Origin: Camelus ferus
Lineage: Eukaryota
DNA: 64,000 nucleotides
Assembly: GCF_009834535.1 (NCBI RefSeq)
Contig: NC_045696.1
Span: 38,008,001 to 38,072,000 of the forward strand
Direction: 5' to 3'
Part shown: positions 1-10,959 of the stretch, one piece after another
Layout of the letters: each line of letters opens with the position of its first letter
Numbering within the stretch: the first letter of the stretch is position 1
Program-made: the position numbers and the translations under genes
The notes under the pieces: generated by a model
What the model saw: the letters and a program-made list of their open reading frames with translations, nothing else
The model's database searches: none
What the model was told of the DNA's origin: nothing

Positions 1-360
1 TCCAGTCAGTAGCTTCATAATTATCTCTAAAACCCATCTCTTCACCTTCACTGCTCCTGCCTTAATTCAACTTTCCAATAATTCTTCATAAAGACAATGT
101 TAATATCATCCTAAGTAATTTATTTCTCTCATATTTTCTAGTAATTCTTTGACTTAATATTGAAGTCATCATTATGAAAAAATCTCCATTCCTCATTTCA
201 AACTACCTTTTTACTAACTTTCCAGTTCCCAGAATGAGTCATAAATTTTCAAAATAACATAACATTCTTCTCTTTTGTGTTTTCCCATCTTAATATTAAA
301 TGGTCTAAGATCCAGTTTTGATGTCACTTCCCAATATGAAACTTTTCTAATTCTCAGGCA
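1..360 (+). mobile_element. Degenerate L2 LINE fragment
   Basis: Pyrimidine-rich sequence like the L2 3' region (ctcttcaccttcactgctcctgccttaattcaa; tccagttttgatgtcacttcc). Confidence 0.45.
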
Positions 361-382
361 TATTTTTCACTGCCATATAATA

Positions 383-545
383 TAGTGGCTTGATTGATGA
401 CCTTGGTCAAGTTATTTAATCTCTATGACTTAAGTTCCCCTCTCTGAAGAAAGGCATAAAATAAATTAAATATTTTATAACAATGTCTGGAACTTAGTAA
501 GAACTATATAATACTAACTATTTTATTATTATCATTACTATTAAT
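383..545 (+). mobile_element. MIR SINE
   Basis: MIR core tgaccttggtcaagttatttaatctct and tattattatcattactatt tail. Confidence 0.65.
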
Positions 546-1124
546 ATTACATTTATTCCAGCATACTTTTGTTAGAATAGGTTTCTTCCCCCCTAAACAA
601 TAATATTACTAAATTCAGGAATAAGTCATTCTTTTCATTTGGAAAACCAATCACAATGCCTTAATTTAGTAGGTTTCCGTAGATATATGATCGTAAGTAA
701 AAGAAAATAATTAATGAGCTAATATCAGTTAGTAAGTTATTCAGGGGCAGGGACAGACTTGATGAAATCCAGAATTTTAACCTGAGTGAGGGGATAGAAC
801 CAGTGACTATGTGCCTTACTGTAAAACTTGGAGAAATTGCTAACAGGGGCATTCCCTGGGGAAAGAAAGGTAAAGAAAGAAGTACTAAAATTTTGACAGT
901 GGCTCTTACACCAGAAACTAGTATCTGCAGTAAGTAAATATATATTTTGGAATTTTTAGTCTGTTTCCTAAACAAGGAATTAAAAAGAGAAATGATGATT
1001 ATTGTATTGTTAGTCTATTAATCTATTGTTGTGTGATAATATACCTTAAAACTTATCAGCCTGTAACCAGCATTTGATTATATAAACATTTTGAAAAGCT
1101 GAAGTATTTATTGTTATTAACACT

Positions 1125-1345
1125 GCTGCTACGAACTGCTGCTACAAACAGTGGAGTGCATGTATCCCTTCCAAGCAGAGTTTTCTCCAGATACATGCCA
1201 AGTGGGATTGTTGGATCATATGGCAACTCTATTTTTAGTTTTTTAAGGAAACTCCATATTGTTTTCCATATAGTGGCTGCACTGATTTACATTCCCATCC
1301 ACAGTGGAGGAAGGGTTCCCTTTTCTCCACACCCTCTCCAGATTT
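1125..1345 (-). mobile_element. L1 ORF2 3' fragment, antisense
   Basis: Typical antisense L1 motifs ggattgttggatcatatggcaactctatttttag and cccttttctccacaccctctccag. Confidence 0.85.
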
Positions 1346-3746
1346 TGGGTTTTTTTTTTTTTTAATTGCATTCTTAAAGTGCCTTTCAAATTTTTGCTTT
1401 ACCCACAGTACTTCCACATGTTCATCATGATTCTCTATCATCATCTTCATCAGTAGCAACCATAGAAGCCACTCTCAATTATCTTTACAATAGTGATTAA
1501 GGGAGATATGTTTATGATCTCTTTGAACTCTAAGAGTTTACATACTTTGTCCAAGACTTGAATATTTCTATACTCATCAGAGGATGGTATTTTCAATATA
1601 AAATTAATTTTTCTAACTAAAAATGAGAATAAAATGAAATAGCAATAATTATTCATGAATCATAAATTTTTGTGCTTCTTTTCATGCATCTAACAATCAC
1701 TTTTTATTTACATTTTCATTATTTCTTTTCTGATCATTTCATTTATATAGTAGCTTATTCTTCATAACAATGATTAAACAAGTCATATGTTGACACATTA
1801 ACAATGATATGCCAATAATCAAAGTCTTCTTTTCCCAGTAGCAGAGAAGCATAAGAAACTCTAATGTTTTAAGACAATCAGTTTCCAGTGCATGGAAAGA
1901 GAAGAAAAATTTTTATAAACTCCTTATATATTTTAGAAATAATTTTAGTAACAACTCTTCAACATTTTATGGATATTTCTTTGTTAATCTTCTACAATTT
2001 CTAGAAAAAAATAATTTCCCCCCAAATATGTCATCAGTGAATAATCATTTGAGATGGTCCATTATAATAAACAATGGAATTACTTAAAAACAAAAAAAAA
2101 ATTTAAATGAGGCTTCTGGTTTTTACTTCCTCTTTATGCATAATGTTTTCAGGAACTCAAATACATTCAAAGTAGAATAAAATAAACTTATAGAAATAAT
2201 TCTTAGAGTATGCCATTCCTCCTACTAATAATATAATGTTTATAAAATAGCACTATCTGTTCTGTTTCATGTTTCAAAAATTCTGGAGGATTTTAGGTAA
2301 ACTACCTATAAATGCTAATACTGCAGGGAATTAGGATAATTTCCTTTCTACAAATATTTTAGTGCATTTCTTATATTTTCAAACACATAGTCCTGCATAA
2401 ATACACCTTGTATATGCCAAAAAATTAGCTCTTTTTTGATATGGTCTTTGAGAAAGATTTTTCTTACTGTGTGAAAGAGATTTCTATTTTTCAAATGAGG
2501 CCTTCCATTTTAGAGATAAGACATGGATTTTTGTAAAATATTCAATACTCTATATTATATTCTATTGAATATCTATATACTGGTACTCTATATACAAATT
2601 TAAAAATCCATGAAGATACACTATGTAATAAGTTATGTGTGTACTCCAGATATTATGAATATATGAGAAAATGAAAATTCTTGTGATTTTCCTATAAATG
2701 CGTAATTTAATAATTTGTTTTGAACACACAACAATGTTTTAGTCTCATAAACAGTATCATTTTCCAGGGTCAAATTGTGTTGTATAAGAAGAAAATCTAT
2801 TTTATTTTAAAACTGGCATTTAAGGATCTGGCACTCTCTCTCATAGAGCTCAACCATGCACAGTAACAGAAAATAATAACAAAGCAAGCTTCTCACCGAA
2901 GTACTTAATGAATAGGTTTTATGGAATAATAATACAGTTAGCACCCATTTCTTGACAAAGACTCTCAAAAAGGCAGTGATTGACACTGAAAACTTGGAGA
3001 GGAGAAATAAGCAGAACAAAGTGCAAGATTCTGTTGAGAATTTTTTTATGATTTTGTTGCTAACATCGATTTAGAAAACACTGTAACACGGTGCTAGATG
3101 ATATAGCAGTATGTAAAGCTCCTTTAAAAAAAAGCAAACTTGTATATATGTTCAGCATGAAAGTTCTCCACCCCTGAAGAAACATGAAGCTTATTTTTTG
3201 TTGTTTCTTTCTTTTTTTGTTTTTAGTGTTTTACTGCTTTGTTTTACTAAACAAGTAAAACTTTATTTCTTGTTGCCATGTCAAAGATTTGAAGTTTCTA
3301 TTTTGTTAAAATTCTAACAATTCCAAGTCAACTCATCTTCTCATGCCAAAAAAAAAAAAACAAACTCTCCATACTATGTGTTATAATTAAGTCTTCATTT
3401 TCAAGTGCTCATAAGTCAGAACTGTGACCAAAAAGACGTATTGAAATTTTTATGTTCTATCAAATTCAGTTATGAAAGCATAAAAGAACATATAATCTTT
3501 ATAGAACTTTTTTTTGTTTGATATAATTCAATTTATGCCAGACCTAACCTATTTGAACAAACAAAGGTCTGTGATTTTAATTGCAGAGCATGAGTTGCAA
3601 AAAGTTATCACTTGGAAATGTTACAAACATTATAATATGGCAGGCATAAAGATTACACAGGAGTAAATTGTGCTCTTATTGGTTTAAAACATTATCTAAA
3701 TATTTGATATAAATACTTGTTTTCAGAATGATGCAAAACAGTCAAA

Positions 3747-3828
3747 AAGAGAGAGAGAGAAAGAAAGAAAAAGAAAGGAAGGAAGGAATGATGCAAGCAA
3801 GCAAGCAAAGTAAAGCAAAGCAAAGCAG
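3747..3828. repeat. Compound purine-rich simple repeat (GA/GAAG/GCAA/GCAAA)
   Basis: Directly visible. Confidence 0.85.
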
Positions 3829-4538
3829 ATCTATTCTCTATTTAGGAACACTCCAACATGCATCTGTCTGTCCCACAGCATACAAGATTATGTTTAAGAT
3901 CTCTATTCTAGAACTTTGTCATGCATGCTTTTCCAAATCAAGATCTCAGGGAAAAAAAGAATTGCCTTCCCTGGCTGCCTTTAGTTAGAACCTTGATTTG
4001 GCTGAAATTAGACTGATGCCAGTCTTAGGATTAGAAAAAATTATCAAGTCACCTAAACTCAGTGTGTTCTTTCACTGGAGTTTTTATTGCTAGTCTAGTT
4101 TATTTTAATAGTAAAGTTGGGGAAACATCACAGGAGACAACAAAACAAATATTACAAGCAAGAGAACTCAAAAATTACAGAGAACGAATTGAATTAATTC
4201 AAAACACAATGAACAAAAATTTGGTTACCATTAGTATGAAGTTTGCTATTTAAAAAAAATAACTATTTTATACTTGAATTGCTAAAACTCATTTCCTGAA
4301 ACATTACGCTGGCATTTCATTTTCATCATCCTACGTTTATCTTAAAAAGATTTGCAAAAATTAAAGCTGACAGAATCCTCCTGTTTCTTATTTTTTTATT
4401 GCAACCATATATGTAAATATAGCACCCCATGAGATTTATTTTTTAAATGGAAGGTTAACATTTTCAATAAAAAAGACATTACTACTAAAATTACTTGATA
4501 GTAAAATACTGCCTTTCTGACCACACTCTTTGCCCAGG

Positions 4539-5298
4539 TGTCAGTTGCAGCTACCTAGGCAAACCTATGGCCCTTTTAGTTTGGCAAAAATTCTCAACAG
4601 GTAGGGCCCTCAGGTTTACCCAAAGTAACCTTGAAAATTCAACTAAATTTTTCTTATCCACTTCCACTGTTAACTGACCGGTGGTTCCCTGATCAGTAAA
4701 TGGCTCCTTCTTCTATTAGGCAGTTATAAAAAAATGAGCACCCACCAGGCAAGGGGAGAGGAAGGGGGAGGGAGTAACCTTGAAAATAAAAGTATACCTG
4801 TGCTTGGGATAAGGGGCTCCAAAATCTTGTATTTTCTCTAAATGAGGGCCAGCAAAGAAGCTGGCTAGAATCAAACACTGTTGCTACACAGTAGAGAGAA
4901 GGACCAGGCTTAAATTGACCCAATGCTCATTATAATGCAGTGAACATTACAGTTTGTGCCCCCTCCAGTAGTTTTCTCCGTGTGCATCATGGGAAGAACA
5001 GGAGTAAAAGAGATGGGCATGTCTGAGCACAAGGAACCTGAGCCAGGAATCAATCAATCAATCACGAAAATGCCCTCAAAGCCAGGATATAAGAACAGGA
5101 AAAACAAAGGAGTGGTGCTATCTTTCCTCCCTTGGATTGGCCTGTCCCCAGTTCTTGGGGGTATACTATATTTTACTACTTTTTTACTTCACTAATAAAA
5201 TCTTCTGTTTGTATCACACTCTCAATCTCCCATTAGAAATTCATTTTTTTTGGGTGACTGAGAACTGTGGTAAATTTTATTCCCATCCTCCCAGTAAT
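4539..5298 (+). mobile_element. Solo ERV LTR (ERV1-like)
   Basis: GC-richer block with duplicated U3 motif gtaaccttgaaaat, TATA-like gatataagaa ~5086, AATAAA ~5194 and an LTR-like end cccagtaa. Confidence 0.65.
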
Positions 5299-5389
5299 TC
5301 TACCATCAAAACCATGCTTGTTTCTGCTTATGCTTAGGATAATACTGGACATGATATAAATGACCTGCAAGGATTGTATGGACTGTCTC

Positions 5390-5822
5390 TGTATTAATTA
5401 GAATTAGATTTTATTTCTAGTCTTAGAAACCCCAACTAAACATCTTTTAAAAAGTTAGAAATGTATTATCTCTCATATCATGTAGGCACTCTGAGGTCTA
5501 CATGTAAGATTCTGTACTGTCAGGTACCTAGCTCCTTCTAACTTGGTTCTCTATGATGCATGGCCTCTTTGCCCACCTAGTCCAACAAAGCTCTTTCAGT
5601 TCTAGCTATTACATCAGTGCTCCAGACAAACAGAAGAAGAAATAAAGGAGACAATGGCATGACCAATCACTTTAAAGATACATTGTAGAGCTGCCACACA
5701 CTATTTCTGTTTATATCCCATTGTCTTGAACAGGACCATAACTATGCAGAAGGAAAACTGAGAAATGCAAACTTTACTATGTGGCCAAGTACCAAGATAA
5801 AAACTGAGGATTCTACTATAGC
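5390..5822 (-). mobile_element. MaLR LTR (MLT1-type)
   Basis: MLT1-like motifs (ttctgtttatatcccattg; gcagaaggaaaactgagaaatg). Confidence 0.55.
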
Positions 5823-5829
5823 TATTCTT

Positions 5830-6640
5830 TAACTGTCCTTTTCCAATTATTTCTCAATTGAATAAAGTTCATGTTCTGCAAGTTTTCTCTGAAAGGATAA
5901 AAGAGTACTGTTATTTTTGTGTCCTTGCCTACGAAAAAACTGACCTTCTGGAGACTTGTTAAAGGAGGCCATCTTGGATGGTTATAAATTTTTGACTTAC
6001 ATTTTGTTTTCTTGAGTTCCTTGAAAAGGCATCTCCATTTTTGTCCAGACTTGTGTACTGCTGCAAAAATACTGATACCAACCTGATTTTCTCTTCTATG
6101 TAAATTAATACAACTTTTCTCCTTGACACCCATAAAATAAACCTTTACCTTCACCTAAGTCCCAAAAGTTTTACTTATATATCTTGAAATAGACCATCTC
6201 AGGTCAAATTTCCTGGGGGAAATTTAAAGAGGGACTATTTAAAACTTGTAGATTCAGATCTTCTTCTGTTTTAAAAAATTTTCTTATACTCTACCTTAAA
6301 AATTAGCTTTTTTTCCCCATTCTTTTATTTTAATGCATCACAGACTCCAAGATACTATGTCAAATCTTCTCATGTTATCAAAATATCTATAATGTTCTGT
6401 CTGATCCATTTTCCCTCTCAAATTACTATTTTCTGTTTCCACTCTATTGACTATATTCATTTCCTCAACTCTTCTAATTAGATTTTTGCTCAAATCTAAC
6501 TTGATCACATTGAAATTTATTATTTCATTTTAAATGATTTTGTATTTCATCTATTAATTTCAGCTAATTTTGGTCAATTCATTTTGTATGTTCCTGCTTT
6601 TTATCCAGTCCTCTGGTGAGTTTCTTACATGAGGTTGTTT
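5830..6640 (-). mobile_element. Old L1 5'/ORF1 region, antisense
   Basis: T-rich degenerate sequence typical of antisense L1M ORF1. Confidence 0.45.
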
Positions 6641-6649
6641 TTGCTTTGT

Positions 6650-6688
6650 TTGTTTGCTTTTCTTTCTTTCTTTCTTTCTTCTTTCTTT
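6650..6688. repeat. (CTTT)n microsatellite running into the gap
   Basis: Directly visible. Confidence 0.9.
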
Positions 6689-6788
6689 NNNNNNNNNNNN
6701 NNNNNNNNNNNNNNNNNNNNNNNNNNNNNNNNNNNNNNNNNNNNNNNNNNNNNNNNNNNNNNNNNNNNNNNNNNNNNNNNNNNNNNNN
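6689..6788. other. Assembly gap (100 N)
   Basis: Run of exactly 100 N, a conventional unknown-size placeholder. Confidence 0.98.
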
Positions 6789-7390
6789 AGATCCATTTAA
6801 TACTATAATAGGAGTGATATAAAGTCCCATTTAATATCATATTTCTCTGCCAATTAACTTTCATTCCTTGTTAAAAAAATGTTTAACTTGAGATATTTTG
6901 GATAAATGTCTAGTTATACTAATAGAAAGTCGGAAGAAATTGATGTATGCTTCTACAGATTCCAATGATTTTCTCCTTTTACTTTATTTATTTCCTATCA
7001 CCTATATAGATGCACAGGATCCAGTGAAGGCTTTGAGGAGTCATTAGGTGGAAAGAGCCAGGATTATTTAGCCACTATTGGGTGAAGACAACCCAGGAGA
7101 ATTCATGCAATTAACTCTGCATGAATGTAAAACTTTTATTATTCTAACCCACTAAGATTTGGCTTAATGTTGTAAACAATATATTAACCTACACTGACTC
7201 ATATGAAAGTTGACTGTATCAGAGTAAATTGATATCTAAGGCTAAAAATATGGAAATACATAACTGGAAGTGGCAACATAACCAACAAAATTTCCCAAGG
7301 AAGAAAGAAATTTGCAGTTCAATATCACTCATGACCACAGTTGCAAAAATGTTAATGAAAGATTCTGTATAAAATCCAACATATAAAAAG

Positions 7391-7921
7391 ACATGGAAAC
7401 AGCCTAAATGCCCATCAATGGATGACTGGATAAAGAAGATGTGGTATATTTATACAATGGAATACTATTCAGCTATAAAAACCGACAACATAACGCCATT
7501 TGCAGCAACATGGATGCTCCTAGAAAATGTCATTCTAAGTGAAGTAAGCCAGAAAGAGAAAGAAAAATACCATATGAGATCACTCATATGTGGAATCTAA
7601 AAAACAAAAACAAAAAAAACAAAGCATAAATACAAAACAGAAGTAGACTCATAGACATAGAACACAAACTTGTGGTTGCCAAGGGGGTGGAGGGTGGGAA
7701 GGGATAGACAGGATTTTAAAATTGTAGAACAGATAAACAAGATTATACTGTAAAGCACAGGGAAATATATACAAGATCTTATGGTAGCTCACAGAGAAAA
7801 AAATGTGACAATGAATATATATATGTTCATGTATAACTGAAAAATTGTGCTCTACAATGGAATTTGACACAACATTGTAAAATGATTATAAATCAATAAA
7901 AAATGTTAAAAAAATTAAAAA
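7391..7921 (+). mobile_element. Young 5'-truncated L1 (ORF2 C-terminus, 3' UTR, A-tail), camelid-type
   Basis: ORF 7418-7600 is an uninterrupted L1 ORF2p C-terminus (WIKKMWYIYTMEYYSAIK...LSEVSQ); AATAAA and A-rich tail; 8-bp TSD ataaaaag at 7383-7390 and 7922-7929. Confidence 0.93.
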
Positions 7922-7929
7922 ATAAAAAG

Positions 7930-9173
7930 GCTAATACATTTCAAGAAGTTAAAATCTGTCAGAATACTAGGGAAAGAAGGAAATTACTCAACTTCATAAA
8001 ACACAAATACAAAAACCTACCAGTAACAATGTACTTGATTGTGAAATACTGAATGAATGCCTTTTCCCTAAGGTCAGAACTGAAGAAATAGTGTGACCTT
8101 TTATGAAGTCTATTCAACATTGTTTTCAGACCCCATCCAGTGTAATTAAGCAAGAAAAAAAGAAATATAAGGCATATAGAATTAGAAATAAAAAAGGTAA
8201 TTCTACCTTTATTCACAGATGACTTCTATGTTTGTGTCCAGAAAAAAATCCTAAGGGCTGGAAACTTCCAGAATGGTGATGGGAGGAGCTTGACAGCCCA
8301 TCTTCTGAGAGAAATATTCATTCAACTGCTGAAAATTATAAATGACAAAAATTTTAAAGGAAATACAGCACATGAAAAATATTTAATCAAGAAACTCAAA
8401 TAAATCTCAGGATAATGATAGTCAGTGGTATTTGAGCTATACAATATACTCCTATATACTACCCCCCGCCATGACACACACATCTTTGCAGCCTAATATG
8501 ATAAAAGCTTTAGTCCAGGTGAAGCCAAGAAGACAGTATTTCCAAGCTCTCAAGAATGTGTTATGGAGAGGAAAGATGCCAACATTTCTGACATCCTTCC
8601 CATCTCTGTATTGTAGAATCTCTGTTACAATCATATGTGACCAAACGGACTGGGGTTCTTTCCTCCACCGAGTGTCCATTCATAGAACATAAGCTTTACC
8701 CTAACAACAACAGAATGAGTACTGGGCCCCAGTCAACCCCACTTCAGCCCCCTGTAGAACAGAGATTCCTTTCCAAAAGGGACAAGCAGAGACCAGGGGC
8801 TAAGGTCCACACCTCACATGAAGATTATGGTTATCAACTGAAGGAATCAACACAAAGATTCTGCCAGTAGGAAAGGAAAATTTAAGAAAACAGAGTTCCA
8901 CAACTCTAAGAGTTCTAAACTAATTCAGAGCTTGGTGAAATTCATGCTCTAAGGGTATTGTTGAAAAACAATGTAAATCACAGAGGTAAGAAATTAGGTG
9001 AAGATTGGTAGTGCCAACGTATTAATAGCAATAAGAGAAGTGATAGATCAGCTAGAAGGCTTTTTGCTGTAAAAGGCAGCTAAAAAGAACCTTCTTGAAG
9101 CCCGAGAAAACCTGAAACTGGCAGCACTCTGTCTTCGAAAAGAGGTCTAACTTAATTAGATCAGGTTATGGAA
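7930..9173 (+). mobile_element. Old L1 ORF2 fragment followed by old L1 5' UTR-like sequence
   Basis: gaatgccttttccctaaggtcagaac, tattcaacattgt, ttattcacagatgac (RT FADD region); GC-richer 5' UTR-like sequence from ~8255. Confidence 0.6.
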
Positions 9174-9978
9174 TGTGATATTTTTATTTATTATAACATA
9201 TAAATAAATTTGATTTTTGTCCCCTTTTTTGGCACAGAGCTCCTAAAACCTTTGTAATTTCCTAAGTAATGAAAGTGATAAAACTATCTCTTGTTATGTT
9301 AATGAGGTGACTATTGGAATAGGTGCTGGTTGCCAGTGGAGTCAAACATGTATTTGGAGGCTTGGAATTTCAATACCACCCTCCTGATTCTGGGAGGAGG
9401 GAAGAGAGGTTGGAAATTGAGTTCAATCACCACTGACCATCAATCATGCACTTGTAATGAGGCCTCTAAAAAACCCAAAAGGATAGGGTTTGGAGAGCTT
9501 CTTCGTTGCTGAAAGTGGAGATTGGAGGAGAGTGATGCACACAGAAAGAGTGTGGAAGCCTTTTCCCCATTCCTTGTCCTATGCATGTCTTCCATCTGGC
9601 TATTCCTGAGTTACTTTCTTTTATAATAAACCAGTTATCTAGTAAGTAAAAAGTTTCTCTGAGTTCTGTGAGCCACTATAACAAATTAATTGAACCTGAG
9701 GAAAGAGTAGTTGGAACCTTCAATCTATAGCAGGTAGGTCAGAAGCAGAGGTGACAACCTAGGGTCCAAGTATGTTTTGTGGCTAGAGGCAGACATTATT
9801 GCAGGACTGCACTCAACCTGTGAGATCTGATCTATCTATCTCTTGGTAAATAATGTCAAAATTTAGTTGAATGAAGTGTAGGACACCTAGCTGGTGTCAG
9901 AACATTGCTTAATGGATGAGTGGGAACCCCTACCTCCTACCTGCAAACACACACACACATATTGGAATTGTGTGATCA
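9174..9978 (+). mobile_element. MER21-family LTR
   Basis: ggcacagagctcctaaaacc, ttgagttcaatcacc, tcaatcatgc, tccatctggctattcctgagtt, tataataaacc match the MER21 pattern. Confidence 0.85.
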
Positions 9979-9984
9979 GGACCG

Positions 9985-10640
9985 TCAGGAGCAACTAATG
10001 CCCAGGGAAAACATAGATCAGTTAGATATCTATCAGTAGATGCTAACAGCTAGGAGGCAGATCAGCCAGAAAATTAATGGAAAGATCAGGGAAAAAGAAA
10101 GTCAAGACAGCCTGGCCAAAACCATACTGATCCTGAAAGTAAAGAAAACTATGCACATGCCTAATGCTGTACATTCTAAGGCATGATGTCAGAGGCTGCA
10201 CTATGTGATGAAAATTAACTTTATTCAAGTAGTTCAGCCAAATAATTTTAAAAAAATAAACAACAAACAACAACAATAACAAGCCCCAGTTTGGGAGGAG
10301 ATGTTGTGAGTATATATTGCTACAATATATTATCTAAAATGTCTGGTTGAAAAAAAAAAACTCATGAGATATACAGAAAAAAAGAAATTATGATCCATTC
10401 ATAGAAAAATAAGCAAACAATAGAAACTGCTTTTAAAGGAACTGAAATATTGGACTTAACAGAGAAAGACTTCAAAACATCTATTATAAATATGTTCAGA
10501 GAAGTAAAAGAAACTATGTTTAATGAATTAAAGAAAAGTATGATGACAAGGTCTAATCAAGCAGAGAATGTCAATAAAGTAATAAGAAATAGAGAGAGAG
10601 AATTTAAAGGGAATTCTGGAGTTGCAAATATAATCATCAA
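9985..10640 (+). mobile_element. Old L1 5' UTR/ORF1 start
   Basis: ORF 10450-10698 begins MDLTEKDFKTSIINMFREVKE, similar to L1M ORF1p N-terminal region. Confidence 0.7.
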
Positions 10641-10959
10641 CATTTACAAAGTAAGGACAACCACAAGGAAACTAAAGCAAAAGGAGAAATGCCATTAAAA
10701 TACTAGGTTTAGAAAACTTTGGCCTACAGCTTTGAGTGCAATAGGTTGACGTATGTTTCAAATGGGATGAACATATATGAGTTACACAGGGCAGATGCTT
10801 AGCTATCTAGGGCCTTTTCTGGGTGTACAGGAAATACGATAGTTTTTGTTTATTTGTTTGTCCATACATAAAGGCATATATGCATTTGTTTCTTGTGTAC
10901 GCATGAAAAAGAGAGAAACAGAAATTAGCAAAGTGGAAAAAAATGAATTAGAATGGATT

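Noticed and set aside
3272..3285. X-box-like GTTGCCATGTCAAA
   Set aside because: Two mismatches in the second half-site and no supporting context
6560..6864. ORFs spanning the N run
   Set aside because: Artefacts of the assembly gap
7418..7600. 60-aa ORF
   Set aside because: C-terminus of L1 ORF2p from a truncated copy, not a host gene
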